Below, one piece after another: positions 15,347 through 24,710 of a stretch of DNA of 64,000 bases. Position numbers and translations under genes: made by a program. Positions within the stretch are counted from its first letter, which is position 1. Each line of letters begins with the position of its first letter. Source of the DNA: an uncultured Eubacteriales bacterium (GTDB taxonomy: Bacteria; Bacillota; Clostridia; Christensenellales; UBA1242); NCBI GenBank assembly GCA_949841245.1, contig CATKYT010000003.1:1877-65876 (forward strand), given 5' to 3'. A model generated the notes under the pieces. It had not been told where the DNA came from. It ran no database searches and worked only from the letters and a program-made list of their open reading frames with translations.

Positions 15347-17755
15347 ATGAAAATTTCTTATAATTGGTTGAAAGACTTTGTTGACATTACAGAAAGTGCA
15401 GAAGAAGTTGCACAAAAGTTGACTGTTTCAGGATTTGAAGTTGAAGATTTAATTTATGTTAATAAATATCTTCATGATGTTTATGTGGGGCATATTGAAA
15501 AAATTGAAAGACATCCACAGGCTGACAGACTTGTGGTTTGCCAAGTTAATGTTGGAGATAAAAATGTTCAGATTGTGACATCTGCCACAAATGTGTTTGA
15601 AGGTGCTTATGTTCCTGTTTCTTTGGATGGTGCATCACTTGCAAATGGGGTTGAGATTAAACCAACAAATTTTCGTGGTGTAAAAAGTGATGGGATGTTT
15701 TGTTCTGGTGAAGAACTTGGAATTGATGATAACTATTTTGAAGGTGCAAGTGTCAATGGAATTTTGATTTTGCCAAAAGATTTTAAGGCTGGGCAAAAGA
15801 TTGAAGATGCTTTGATGCTTAATGATGTTGTTTATGATGTCAATGTAACTCCAAACAGACCAGATTGCAACAGTGTTGTTGGAATTGCTCGTGAAGTGTG
15901 TGCAATTTATGGTAAGAAGTTTAAAAATCCAGATTATAACTTTGAAACTGTAAGTGATAATGTTGAGAATTACATCAGTGTAGAAGTTAAAACAAAAGAA
16001 TGTCCAAGATATATGGGTGCTTATATTAAAGACATAAAGTTGGAGCGTTCTCCACTTTGGTTGAGAAGCAGATTGCATGCTGTTGGAATTAAACCTATTA
16101 ATAATATGGTTGACATAACAAATTATGTTTTGGTTGAACAAGGGCAACCAATGCATGCTTTTGATTATAGATATTTGGATGGTAAGAAAATTGAAGTAAG
16201 GCAGGCTGAAAAAGGTGAAAAAATTGCCGTTTTAAACGGAAACACTTATGATTTGGATGAAAGCGTGATGGTTATTGCTGACGCTAAGAAACCGGTTGTA
16301 ATTGCTGGTGTTATTGGTGGTGTGAATTCTTGCATCAGCGAACAAACAACAGAAACTGTTTTTGAATGTGCAGTTTTTGATTTAAAAAGTGTGCGTTTAA
16401 CAGCAAGAAAATTTGGTTTGTCCACAGATTCTTCGGCAAGATATTCAAAAGGTGTAAACATAAACAGTCCTACTTTTGCAATGAAGCGTGCTTTGAACTT
16501 GGTTTATCAGTTGAAATGTGGCAAAATTGTTGATGGTATTATTGATAAATGTTCTGTTAAAATTGCAGAAGAAAAGATAATTAAAGTTTCTTATGCTAAG
16601 ATAAGTAAAATTTTGGGAATTGAAATTCCAAAAGAAAAAATGCTTCAAATATTAAGTGATTTGGGTGTTGAAAGTTCTGTTCAGGGAGATGTGATTACTT
16701 GTGTTTTGCCATATTTAAGGGAAGATCTTAAAAATGATAACGATATTGCAGAAGAAATTATCAGAATTTATGGTTATGATGTTTATAACAATGTTGAAGG
16801 AAAGCCTTTTGAAGGTGCAAATGTAACGGTTGGAAAATTTAATGAAAGACTTTCTTTTGAAAATGGTTTGAAAAACATTTTGGTTGACAATGGTTTTTAT
16901 GAAACATTAAACTATTCACTTTATTCTGCAAGTGCATGTGATAAATTGCTTTTGGCTTCTGATGATGAAAGAAGAAAGGTTATTAAGATTGCAAATCCAA
17001 TAAGTGAAGATTTGTCGACAGTAAGAACTGTTATGGCTCATGCTTTGCTGTTGGATGTTGCATATAATTTGTCAGTTGGAAATAAAGATTTAAGATTTTT
17101 TGAAGTGGGCAGGGTATATCAGGCAAAGGATTTGCCTTTGAAAGAACTTCCTGTTGAAAAGAATAAAATTTCATTGGCAGTTTGTGAAAATGGTTTTGAT
17201 TTCTTTGAATTGAAAGGTATTGTTGAAAATCTGCTTCTTGGAACATCTTTGGAATATAAACTTGAACGATCTAAAGAACCTTATCTTCACAGTGGTGTAA
17301 GTGCTGATATAATCGCAAAAGACGGAACATTGGTTGGAAGTTTTGGAAAAGTTCATAAAACAGTTTTGAAAAACTATGAAATAAATCAAGATGTATATTA
17401 TGCTGAACTTGATACGGACTTTTTATCAAGTTTACCTGAAAAACAATTTGCAACAAAAGAAATTTCTAAATATCCAACAGTTGAGCGTGATTTGGCAGTT
17501 GTAGTTGATGAAAAGGTGACAAATGCTGAACTTGAAAGTGCAATAAAATCTGCCTGTGGAAAAATTTTCTTTGAAGTTAGATTGTTTGATGTTTATCGTA
17601 ATGTGCTTCTTGGAAAAGACAAAAAGAGTATGGCTTATAAGATTGTCTTTATGTCAGATGATAAAACTTTGACAAGTGAAGAAATAAATTTGGCTGTAAA
17701 CAAAGTTTTAAAAAGTTTGGAATTCAGATTTGGTGCAAAATTAAGACAAGTTTAA
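15347..17755 (+). CDS. pheT: Phenylalanine--tRNA ligase beta subunit
   Basis: 802 aa with N-terminal MKISYNWLKDFV and a tRNA-binding domain, plus B3/4, B5 and FDX-ACB-like regions. It follows pheS. Confidence 0.95.
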   Translation: MKISYNWLKDFVDITESAEEVAQKLTVSGFEVEDLIYVNKYLHDVYVGHIEKIERHPQADRLVVCQVNVGDKNVQIVTSATNVFEGAYVPVSLDGASLANGVEIKPTNFRGVKSDGMFCSGEELGIDDNYFEGASVNGILILPKDFKAGQKIEDALMLNDVVYDVNVTPNRPDCNSVVGIAREVCAIYGKKFKNPDYNFETVSDNVENYISVEVKTKECPRYMGAYIKDIKLERSPLWLRSRLHAVGIKPINNMVDITNYVLVEQGQPMHAFDYRYLDGKKIEVRQAEKGEKIAVLNGNTYDLDESVMVIADAKKPVVIAGVIGGVNSCISEQTTETVFECAVFDLKSVRLTARKFGLSTDSSARYSKGVNINSPTFAMKRALNLVYQLKCGKIVDGIIDKCSVKIAEEKIIKVSYAKISKILGIEIPKEKMLQILSDLGVESSVQGDVITCVLPYLREDLKNDNDIAEEIIRIYGYDVYNNVEGKPFEGANVTVGKFNERLSFENGLKNILVDNGFYETLNYSLYSASACDKLLLASDDERRKVIKIANPISEDLSTVRTVMAHALLLDVAYNLSVGNKDLRFFEVGRVYQAKDLPLKELPVEKNKISLAVCENGFDFFELKGIVENLLLGTSLEYKLERSKEPYLHSGVSADIIAKDGTLVGSFGKVHKTVLKNYEINQDVYYAELDTDFLSSLPEKQFATKEISKYPTVERDLAVVVDEKVTNAELESAIKSACGKIFFEVRLFDVYRNVLLGKDKKSMAYKIVFMSDDKTLTSEEINLAVNKVLKSLEFRFGAKLRQV

Positions 17756-17756
17756 A

Positions 17757-17817
17757 ATTGTAAGTATTATGCAAATTTTATTGACATAATACACAATATA
17801 TTGTGGTATTATGTAAC
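17757..17817. repeat. Intergenic palindromic repeat, copy R3 (3 units, best-preserved copy)
   Basis: ATTGTAAGTATTATGCA-aattttattg-ACATAATACACAATATATTGTGGTATTATGTAAC. The units alternate in orientation. Confidence 0.8.
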
Positions 17818-17828
17818 CTTGGAGTGCT

Positions 17829-18950
17829 ATGATTTATTTAGATAATGCTGGAACTACAAAAATGTTTGATGAATGTGTTGAAGTTGGTCGCAAGTTTTCT
17901 TGTGAAAACTTTTTCAATCCGTCTGCACTTTCTGTGGAAGCATTGGAAATTTCTCGACTTTTGAATGAAACTGAAAAATTCTTTTTAAATAAACTTGGTG
18001 CTTTGCAAGGGAATGTTATTTTTACGGGTTGTGCAACAGAAAGTAATAATTTGGCAGTGCGTGGAAGTTTAAGAACAGGGGATTGGGAATATGTTTTTTC
18101 TGCTGGGGAACATCCGTCTGTTTATAATCAAGCGAAAAAATTTGAACTGGAAGGATTTAAAGTTCATGTTGTGCCATTAAATGAAGATGGGCAAATAGAT
18201 TTGCAGAAATTGCAGTCAGTTTTAAATGAAAAAACAAGGCTTATCAGTGTGATTCATGTCAGCAATGAAACAGGTGCTGTTAATGATTTGCATAAGATAT
18301 GCCAAATTAAAAAGAAAATTTGCCCGAAAGCAATTATTCATGTTGATGGTGTTCAATCTTTTATGAAAATTCCATTTTCTCTTGCTGGATTGGATGTTGA
18401 TTTATATTCTTTTAGTGGTCATAAATTGCATGCACCAAAGGGTGTTGCGGGTTTGTATGTTAAAAATAAATCTGCTTTGAAAGAGTTGTTTTATGGTGGT
18501 GGACAGCAATATGGATTGCGTTCTGGAACGGAAAATGTGGCTGGAATAATGCAGTTTAAGAAAGCAGTGGAACTTATTGATGTCAGATTAAATTTTGATA
18601 AAGTAAAACTTATGAAAGAGAAAATGATTTGCCAGTTATCAAAAGTTAATGGGGTTAAAATTTTTGATTTTGCCGGTTCTCCTTACATATTGAATGTTGT
18701 TTTTGATGGGGTTAAAGGGGAAACAATGCTTCATGCGCTTAATGAAAAAGGTGTGATTGTGGGGCTTGGGAGTGCTTGTTCATCTAAAAAAGCAGGTAAT
18801 CGTGTTTTGGAAAACATAGGGTTTGATAAAGATGTGATTATTTCAAGCGTCAGGATAAGTTTTAATGCTTATCAAACGCTGGAAGAAATTGAAAAAGCGT
18901 GCGAAATAATTGAAGAAGTTTATAAAAATATTAAGGAAAGGGTTTCGTGA
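17829..18950 (+). CDS. Cysteine desulfurase (class V aminotransferase, NifZ/IscS-like) paired with ThiI
   Basis: IYLDNAGTT N-terminus, SFSGHKLHAPKGVAGLYV PLP-Lys motif, and RSGTEN and GSACSS active-site loop. Its stop overlaps the thiI start. Confidence 0.88.
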   Translation: MIYLDNAGTTKMFDECVEVGRKFSCENFFNPSALSVEALEISRLLNETEKFFLNKLGALQGNVIFTGCATESNNLAVRGSLRTGDWEYVFSAGEHPSVYNQAKKFELEGFKVHVVPLNEDGQIDLQKLQSVLNEKTRLISVIHVSNETGAVNDLHKICQIKKKICPKAIIHVDGVQSFMKIPFSLAGLDVDLYSFSGHKLHAPKGVAGLYVKNKSALKELFYGGGQQYGLRSGTENVAGIMQFKKAVELIDVRLNFDKVKLMKEKMICQLSKVNGVKIFDFAGSPYILNVVFDGVKGETMLHALNEKGVIVGLGSACSSKKAGNRVLENIGFDKDVIISSVRISFNAYQTLEEIEKACEIIEEVYKNIKERVS

Positions 18951-20113
18951 TGAGAAATGTTTTGTTGTTGAAATTTGGAGAATTGTTTTTGAAAGGTAAA
19001 AATCGACATGATTTTATTAAACTTCTTAAAACAAATATAACTTATAAATTAAGAGATTTTGTTTTTAAATTGCATGAAACTCAGGGAAGGTTGATTGTAA
19101 GTGATTATGATGAATCTTTTGAAGAAATTATTATTGCTAAATTGCAACAAGTTTTTGGTTTAATTGGTGTTGTGGTTGCTTGTGAATTTGACACAAGTTA
19201 TGAAACCATTCAAGAAAATATAAAAAAATTGGATTTAAGTTTGGTGAAAACTTTTAAAGTGGAAGTTAAGCGCGCAGATAAAAGTTTTCCAATTAAATCT
19301 ATGGATATGGAAAAAGAACTTGGTGGAATTTTATTGGAAGAATTTCCAAATTTAAAGGTGGATTTATATAATCCAGAAATTGTTGTTCATGTGGAAATTC
19401 GAATTAACAACAAAACTTATATATATAGTAAGGTGTATGAATGTGTAGGTGGTTTGCCACTTGGAAGTGGGGGAAAGGCTTTACTTTTGCTTTCTGGTGG
19501 GATTGACAGTCCAGTTGCTGGTTATATGATGGCAAAGCGTGGGTTGAAATTGGAAGCAGTGCATTTTCACTCCTATCCTTACACGAGTGTGCAAGCAAAA
19601 GAAAAGGTTATTGAACTTGCAAAAGAAATTTCGGAGTTTTGTGGTGAGATTAAATTGCACATAGTTTCTTTTACAGAAATTCAAGAACAGATTCATAAAA
19701 ATTGTGATGCAGAATATATGATAACGATTATGCGCAGAATTATGATGAGAATTGCGGAAAGGATTTGTCAGCAAAACAATCTTGGGGCGATTGTAACAGG
19801 TGAAAGTTTAGGGCAGGTGGCAAGTCAAACTATGCAAAGTATGAATGTGACAAACAGTGTTGTTTCACTTCCAGTGTTCAGACCTTTAATCGCTTTTGAT
19901 AAAGAAGATATAATGTCTGTGGCAAGAAAAATTAATACTTATGAAACTTCAATTCTTCCATATGAAGATTGTTGCACTGTCTTTCTTCCAAAATATCCAG
20001 TTATTAAGCCGACCATCAAGCGGGCGGAATATTTGGAAACTAAATTGGATTTGGAGCAATTGATTGAAAAAGCAATTGCAAGTCAAGAAATTTTGGAAAT
20101 AACAAATTTTTAA
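18947..20113 (+). CDS. thiI: tRNA 4-thiouridine synthase ThiI
   Basis: THUMP-type N-terminus, PP-loop LLLSGGIDSPVAGY, and ITGESLGQVASQT. Confidence 0.92.
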   Translation: MMRNVLLLKFGELFLKGKNRHDFIKLLKTNITYKLRDFVFKLHETQGRLIVSDYDESFEEIIIAKLQQVFGLIGVVVACEFDTSYETIQENIKKLDLSLVKTFKVEVKRADKSFPIKSMDMEKELGGILLEEFPNLKVDLYNPEIVVHVEIRINNKTYIYSKVYECVGGLPLGSGGKALLLLSGGIDSPVAGYMMAKRGLKLEAVHFHSYPYTSVQAKEKVIELAKEISEFCGEIKLHIVSFTEIQEQIHKNCDAEYMITIMRRIMMRIAERICQQNNLGAIVTGESLGQVASQTMQSMNVTNSVVSLPVFRPLIAFDKEDIMSVARKINTYETSILPYEDCCTVFLPKYPVIKPTIKRAEYLETKLDLEQLIEKAIASQEILEITNF

Positions 20114-20119
20114 TTTATT

Positions 20120-20148
20120 AAGATATGCTTTAAGTATATCTTTTTTTT
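20120..20148 (+). terminator. rho-independent terminator of thiI
   Basis: AAGATAT-gctttaagt-ATATCTT followed by T8. Confidence 0.7.
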
Positions 20149-20178
20149 ATTTGGTTTTTGCTTAGGTGGCGGTAGGTG

Positions 20179-20353
20179 AAATGTATATTCATTTATAATT
20201 ATAAATTTGAAATTTATAAAATTGCAAAAATTGCAATTTTTATAAAAAATTAGTGAATAAATATACAAAAATCACTTGCATATTTATAAATTTTATTGTA
20301 TAATAATCAAAATTGCATGAATAAACATAAATTTATATTTATGCATAAATCGC
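20179..20353 (+). promoter_or_regulatory. Cluster of ARG-box-like operators overlapping the argR promoter
   Basis: Five 18-mers resemble the ArgR/AhrC box (TGAATAAAAATNCA-like): AAATGTATATTCATTTAT (20179), AGTGAATAAATATACAAA (20252), CTTGCATATTTATAAATT (20275), ATTGCATGAATAAACATA (20312) and ATTTATGCATAAATCGC (20337). An extended -10 TGTATAAT sits at 20297-20304. Confidence 0.6.
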
Positions 20354-20398
20354 TATAAGCCCCTAATTTAGCGGTGTGTAGCAGTTAAGGAGTTGTAT

Positions 20399-20851
20399 AT
20401 GGCACGCAGTTCAAGACAATCTAAAATTTTGGAATTGATTTCAACAAAAGAGATTGAAACCCAAGAAGAATTGGCAAAAGAACTTAAAAATGCAAACTTT
20501 GATATTACACAAGCGACAATTTCTCGTGATATTAAAGAACTTGGTTTGACAAAAATCTTGAGCAGTTCAGGAAAATATAAATATGCCATTTTAGGCTCTG
20601 AACAACAGGTTATTTCAAATAAATACATATCTATTTTTAAAGAATGTGTCATTTCTGTGAAACCTGCCCTTAACTTGGCTGTGGTTAAAACCATTAAAGG
20701 AATGGGTGCTGGTGTTTCTTCTTTTATTGACAAATTGAATCTAAATGAACTTTTGGGCTCTACTTATGGCGATGACACTGTTATGTTGATTTTTCCAACA
20801 ACTTCTCTTGCCAGTGAAGCAGTTGCAACTTTAAATGAAATTATGTTATAA
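20399..20851 (+). CDS. argR: Arginine repressor
   Basis: ATG 20399 lies 6 nt after AAGGAG. SRQSKILELISTKEIETQEELAKELKNANFDITQATISRDIKELGL is the ArgR wHTH. The C-terminal GDDTVMLI oligomerisation motif is present. Confidence 0.92.
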   Translation: MARSSRQSKILELISTKEIETQEELAKELKNANFDITQATISRDIKELGLTKILSSSGKYKYAILGSEQQVISNKYISIFKECVISVKPALNLAVVKTIKGMGAGVSSFIDKLNLNELLGSTYGDDTVMLIFPTTSLASEAVATLNEIML

Positions 20852-20872
20852 TTGTTTCGGAGGGGTAAGTTA

Positions 20873-22525
20873 ATGCTGTCAACACTTACATTATCTAATG
20901 TTGCTTTAATAAAAAAAGAAACTGTTGAGTTCAAGAAAGGTTTTAATTGTTTGCTTGGACAATCAGGTGCAGGTAAAAGCATTATTATTGATGCTTTAAG
21001 TTTTTTGCTTGGTGCAAAAGCAGATAAGGACTTAATTCGCAGTGGTGAAACAAATCTTCGTGTTGATGGCGTGTTTTCACAATTGTCAGAAGAAGAAAAA
21101 AACTTTTTAAATGAAAATGAAGTTGATTTTGAAGATGAAATCATTATTACTCGAACTTTAAACACTGATGGAAAATCCACTTGCAAAATAAATGGTTATC
21201 CTGTAACGGCAAAAATGTTGAAAGATTTTGCTTTAAGTATGGCTGATTTTTGTGGGCAGCATGACAGCGTGGGGTTGCTTGATGTTAAAAATCATCTTTC
21301 ACTTTTGGATAAATTTGCTGGGAATGATGTAGAAGATTTGAAAAATCAATGCGCTGTAATTTTTGATGAACTTACAGAAATTGAAAGAAAGATAAAGTTG
21401 CTTGGTGGAAATGATGCAGAGCGTGAAAGAACAAAAGATTTGCTTAGATTTCAAATTCAAGAAATTGAAAATGCTGATTTAAAGATTGGCGAACAAGAAG
21501 AATTGAAAGAGAGATTGGATTTTATTTCTTCGGCAGAGAAGATTTTTGAAACAATGCAAATTTGTTTGGAAAAATTGGACGGACAACAAGATAATGTAAC
21601 GACTTTGTTATATGATGTTAAGTCAACTCTTTCTGGATTTTCAGAATTTAAAGATGTTGAAGGTTGCCGTGAGCGAGTTGAAAACTGCTATTATGAACTA
21701 AAAGATGTGGTTGATGTTTTAGAACAGATTAAACAAAATGCTGAGTTTGACCCTAAGGAACTGGAAAGAATAGATGGCAGGCTTGATTTGATTAAGTCAC
21801 TTTCCAAAAAATATGGCAGAACTGTTGAAGAAATTTTGAAATATTTGGATAAAACAAAATTGCAACTGGAAGAATTGGAAAATAATCAAGAGATTATTGG
21901 TCAACTTAATGAAAGTAAAATTAAAACTGAAAATAAACTTTTGGATGTTTGCAAAGTTTTAAGCGAAAAACGAAAAAGATTTGCCTTAAACTTGGAAAAG
22001 AAACTTACAGAAGAACTTGATGACCTTGAAATGAAAGGCACTTATTTTAAAGTTGATTTTCAACAGGTTGAATGTTCGAAAAAAGGTTTTGATGCAGTCA
22101 AATTTATGTTTTCGGCAAATCAGGGACAAGAACTCAAAGATTTACATAAAACTGCTTCTGGTGGGGAACTTTCAAGGTTATTGTTGGCTTTCAAAAATGT
22201 TATGCTGGATAAAGAAAAAGTTCAAACGGTTGTGTTTGATGAAATCGACTCTGGCATAAGTGGCAGAACTGCTGGTAAACTTGCTGAGAAACTTTCCAAT
22301 ATTGCTAAGTTTACTCAGGTAATTTGTATTACTCACACACCAGTTGTGGCATCTAAATCTGATGCATTTTTGCTTGTTGAAAAGAAAGTTGTGGATGGAA
22401 ACACGGTTTCTAGTGTTCGTTCTTTAAACGATGAAGAAGCAATTTATGAAGTTGCAAGACTTATTGATGGCGGTAATGAAGTTTCAAATACTGCGGTTGA
22501 ACATGCAAGAAAATTGTTTGCTTAA
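20873..22525 (+). CDS. recN: DNA repair protein RecN
   Basis: ATG 20873 follows GGAGGGG. Walker A GQSGAGKSI, long coiled coil, signature ASGGELSRLLLA and Walker B VVFDEIDSGISG. The argR-recN-spoIVB order matches Bacillus. Confidence 0.93.
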   Translation: MLSTLTLSNVALIKKETVEFKKGFNCLLGQSGAGKSIIIDALSFLLGAKADKDLIRSGETNLRVDGVFSQLSEEEKNFLNENEVDFEDEIIITRTLNTDGKSTCKINGYPVTAKMLKDFALSMADFCGQHDSVGLLDVKNHLSLLDKFAGNDVEDLKNQCAVIFDELTEIERKIKLLGGNDAERERTKDLLRFQIQEIENADLKIGEQEELKERLDFISSAEKIFETMQICLEKLDGQQDNVTTLLYDVKSTLSGFSEFKDVEGCRERVENCYYELKDVVDVLEQIKQNAEFDPKELERIDGRLDLIKSLSKKYGRTVEEILKYLDKTKLQLEELENNQEIIGQLNESKIKTENKLLDVCKVLSEKRKRFALNLEKKLTEELDDLEMKGTYFKVDFQQVECSKKGFDAVKFMFSANQGQELKDLHKTASGGELSRLLLAFKNVMLDKEKVQTVVFDEIDSGISGRTAGKLAEKLSNIAKFTQVICITHTPVVASKSDAFLLVEKKVVDGNTVSSVRSLNDEEAIYEVARLIDGGNEVSNTAVEHARKLFA

Positions 22526-22537
22526 ATTAATAAAACA

Positions 22538-22568
22538 AAAAGGCAATCTTAAAGAAGATTGCCTTTTC
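22538..22568 (+). terminator. rho-independent terminator of recN
   Basis: AAGGCAATCTT-aaag-AAGATTGCCTT followed by TTT. Confidence 0.7.
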
Positions 22569-22712
22569 TATTTGAAAAAATTCTAAAAAAAAGAAAAGAG
22601 ATGCTCTATTTGTTCCTCACGAACTAATTTATCTCTTTTCGATTTAAAGTTAAGTTTTCTTTTGGAATCTTAACTTGTTTTTAATATGTGTCGCAATTTT
22701 TGTTTTATTCAT

Positions 22713-24500
22713 TTATTTTGAAAATTTTTTGTAAACATATTTTGTGATGTAATAATTGAAAGGAAGGGCAATTAAAAGTCCAAAAATTGGAACTGTTAAG
22801 GATGTAATAAATTTTGCCATTGTTTCCACTTGCATTCCGCAAGCAATGTTTACAACAAAAACAATTAAAACGGCAAGAAGTAAAATAATCCAAATGTGCC
22901 AATCGTTATATTTTAAAACTGCTTTTTTATTTGGTAACATTTTAAAGGCGACAAATGAATAGATTGTGTAAACAAGGAAGACGAGTGGAACGGTGTAAAA
23001 CAAGAAGTTTGTTCCGTTTAAAAGCAATCCTGCGCCATTAATTATTCCGTATAAAATTGCACAGCCAATTCCGCAAACAAGTAAAAGTATGCAAGAATTG
23101 ATAAGGTTGAGAAAATTGGTGTTGTGATTAATGTTTACTGATGACTTTTTATATTCTTTAAAATCAATTCCATGTCCAGCGTAATATCTTTTAAGGCTGT
23201 TGTAATCTGTGAAACTGCTGGCTGTGTTTGTTTGTGTTATTTCCACTTGTTTTTGTGGTGCTGATTTAACGGTGACAGGTTTTTCTTTCTTTCTTTCAAA
23301 CAACTTAGACATCATATCTTTATAAGTTGGCTCTAAGTTACTGTCGCGTTTTGGAGCAGGAAGGTTGTCGTCATAGATGTTAACTTCAATGTTTGCAGGA
23401 CTAATTTTTCTTTGAATAGGAATTTCTTCATCGCGAAGTTTTGGGTTAGTGATGAAAATTGCATCATCTTGTTCGCGTTCTTCGTTTAATATGTCAACTT
23501 TTTCTGTTTGAACTGTTGATTGTTGTGGGGTGTAAGTTGATTGACGATTATTGACTACAGCTTGTTGTTGAATTTGTTGTTGATTTGTCTGTCTTGTTGA
23601 AAGCAAAGATTCTTTAAGTTGTCTTATGCGTTCTCTTTCAAGTTCATCATCTTCTTCTTTTTGATATACAACAGACATTTCAATTTGATTTTCAGAAAAA
23701 CTTTTACGCTTGCGGTATTTTTTAAGTTCGCTTGAAGTGTCATAAAGTCTTTGGTTTTGTTCTTCTTGTGATGCTGTAAGTGATTTAGGTTCGTCTAAGA
23801 ATTTGCCGTCATCAAAAATTTCTTCTTTAATTGTTTCAATTTCTTGTTCTTCGGTGACAGGTGGCAAATCTTGTTGTTCAAGCATGCTTTGATAACGATC
23901 GATTTTTTCTTGTTCTTTTGTTTCTATGTGATCAGTTATAAAAATTCCGCCATCAATAAACTCAGGTTCTTCTTCTGATTCAACGGACAATTCTTCTTCA
24001 ATTTCTTCTTGATTGTTTTGAAAACTGAAAATATCAATTTGGTTTTCAAGAATGTCAGATTTTGTTTCTGTTATGCTTTCTGATTGTGGTTTTTCTTCAT
24101 TTTTAACCATGTCAAAAATGTTGCCTTGTTGCAGGAAAACAGGTTTTTCTTCTGAAACAGTTTCTGCTTGTTCATCATTTTCCGAAAGGTTGGCAGAAAA
24201 ATCAGAGAATGAAATGTTCTCAAATTCTTTTTCAAGTTCTTGCAAAGTGCTTTTGCCAAGGGCTGTTATTGAATAATAATGGCGTTTGCCACCAAGTTCA
24301 CTTTCACTCCAATAAGATGAAGAAATCCAGCCTTTCTTTTCCATGCGTGTAAGGCAAGAATAAAGGGTAGGTTTTTTCAAAATATATTGACCATTTGTTT
24401 GTTTTGAAATGCTTTCAATGATTTCTAAACCATATTTTGAACCGCTTGTAAGACTGTTTAAAACTAAATAAGAAATTTGACTGTTTGAATTAAACGCCAT
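22713..24500 (-). CDS. Membrane-anchored PadR-family transcriptional regulator (wHTH + long acidic/Gln-rich linker + 4 TM)
   Basis: The N-terminus YLVLNSLTSGSKYGLEIIESI...PTLYSCLTRMEKKGWISSSYW...GGKRHYYSITALG is a PadR signature. About 300 aa of E/Q/D-rich low-complexity sequence follow. The C-terminus has four hydrophobic helices (e.g. FLNLINSCILLLVCGIGCAILYGII, WHIWIILLLAVLIVFVVNIACG). Confidence 0.7.
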   Translation of the reverse strand: MAFNSNSQISYLVLNSLTSGSKYGLEIIESISKQTNGQYILKKPTLYSCLTRMEKKGWISSSYWSESELGGKRHYYSITALGKSTLQELEKEFENISFSDFSANLSENDEQAETVSEEKPVFLQQGNIFDMVKNEEKPQSESITETKSDILENQIDIFSFQNNQEEIEEELSVESEEEPEFIDGGIFITDHIETKEQEKIDRYQSMLEQQDLPPVTEEQEIETIKEEIFDDGKFLDEPKSLTASQEEQNQRLYDTSSELKKYRKRKSFSENQIEMSVVYQKEEDDELERERIRQLKESLLSTRQTNQQQIQQQAVVNNRQSTYTPQQSTVQTEKVDILNEEREQDDAIFITNPKLRDEEIPIQRKISPANIEVNIYDDNLPAPKRDSNLEPTYKDMMSKLFERKKEKPVTVKSAPQKQVEITQTNTASSFTDYNSLKRYYAGHGIDFKEYKKSSVNINHNTNFLNLINSCILLLVCGIGCAILYGIINGAGLLLNGTNFLFYTVPLVFLVYTIYSFVAFKMLPNKKAVLKYNDWHIWIILLLAVLIVFVVNIACGMQVETMAKFITSLTVPIFGLLIALPFNYYITKYVYKKFSK

Positions 24501-24565
24501 GACAAATCACTCCTTTTATATATCACGATTATAGAAAAAGAAGAAAATTTTGTCAAATAAATTTA

Positions 24566-24650
24566 GGTATTATGCAAAAAAATTTGAATAATACACCACA
24601 TAGAAATGGTTGTATGCGTTGCATAACACTATATATTGTGGTAATATGTA
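24566..24650. repeat. Intergenic palindromic repeat, copy R4 (about 5 units, longest array)
   Basis: GGTATTATGCA-aaaaaatttg-AATAATACACCACAT..TTGTATGCGTTGCATAACACTATATATTGTGGTAATATGTA. It lies in the divergent promoter region between the PadR-TM gene and the DUF45 peptidase gene. Confidence 0.75.
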
Positions 24651-24710
24651 AAAAATAATCAATTTATGAAATTATTTGGAGTTGCGAAAATAAAGTGTTA
24701 TTATAAATTT

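Noticed and set aside
15635-16156. 173-aa minus-strand ORF, and many similar antisense ORFs (e.g. 20764-21186, 62021-62642, 44157-44851, 47346-47723)
   Set aside because: All lie opposite strongly conserved genes (pheT, recN, hslU, spoIIIAH/asp23, proS). They have Ile/Phe/Asn/Lys-biased nonsense composition typical of AT-rich antisense frames, and none has an RBS.
23480-23620. CAA/CAG-rich stretch that looks like a tandem repeat
   Set aside because: It encodes the Gln-rich part of the PadR-TM linker (…QTNQQQIQQQAVVNNRQ…). This is low-complexity coding sequence and has no regular repeat unit.
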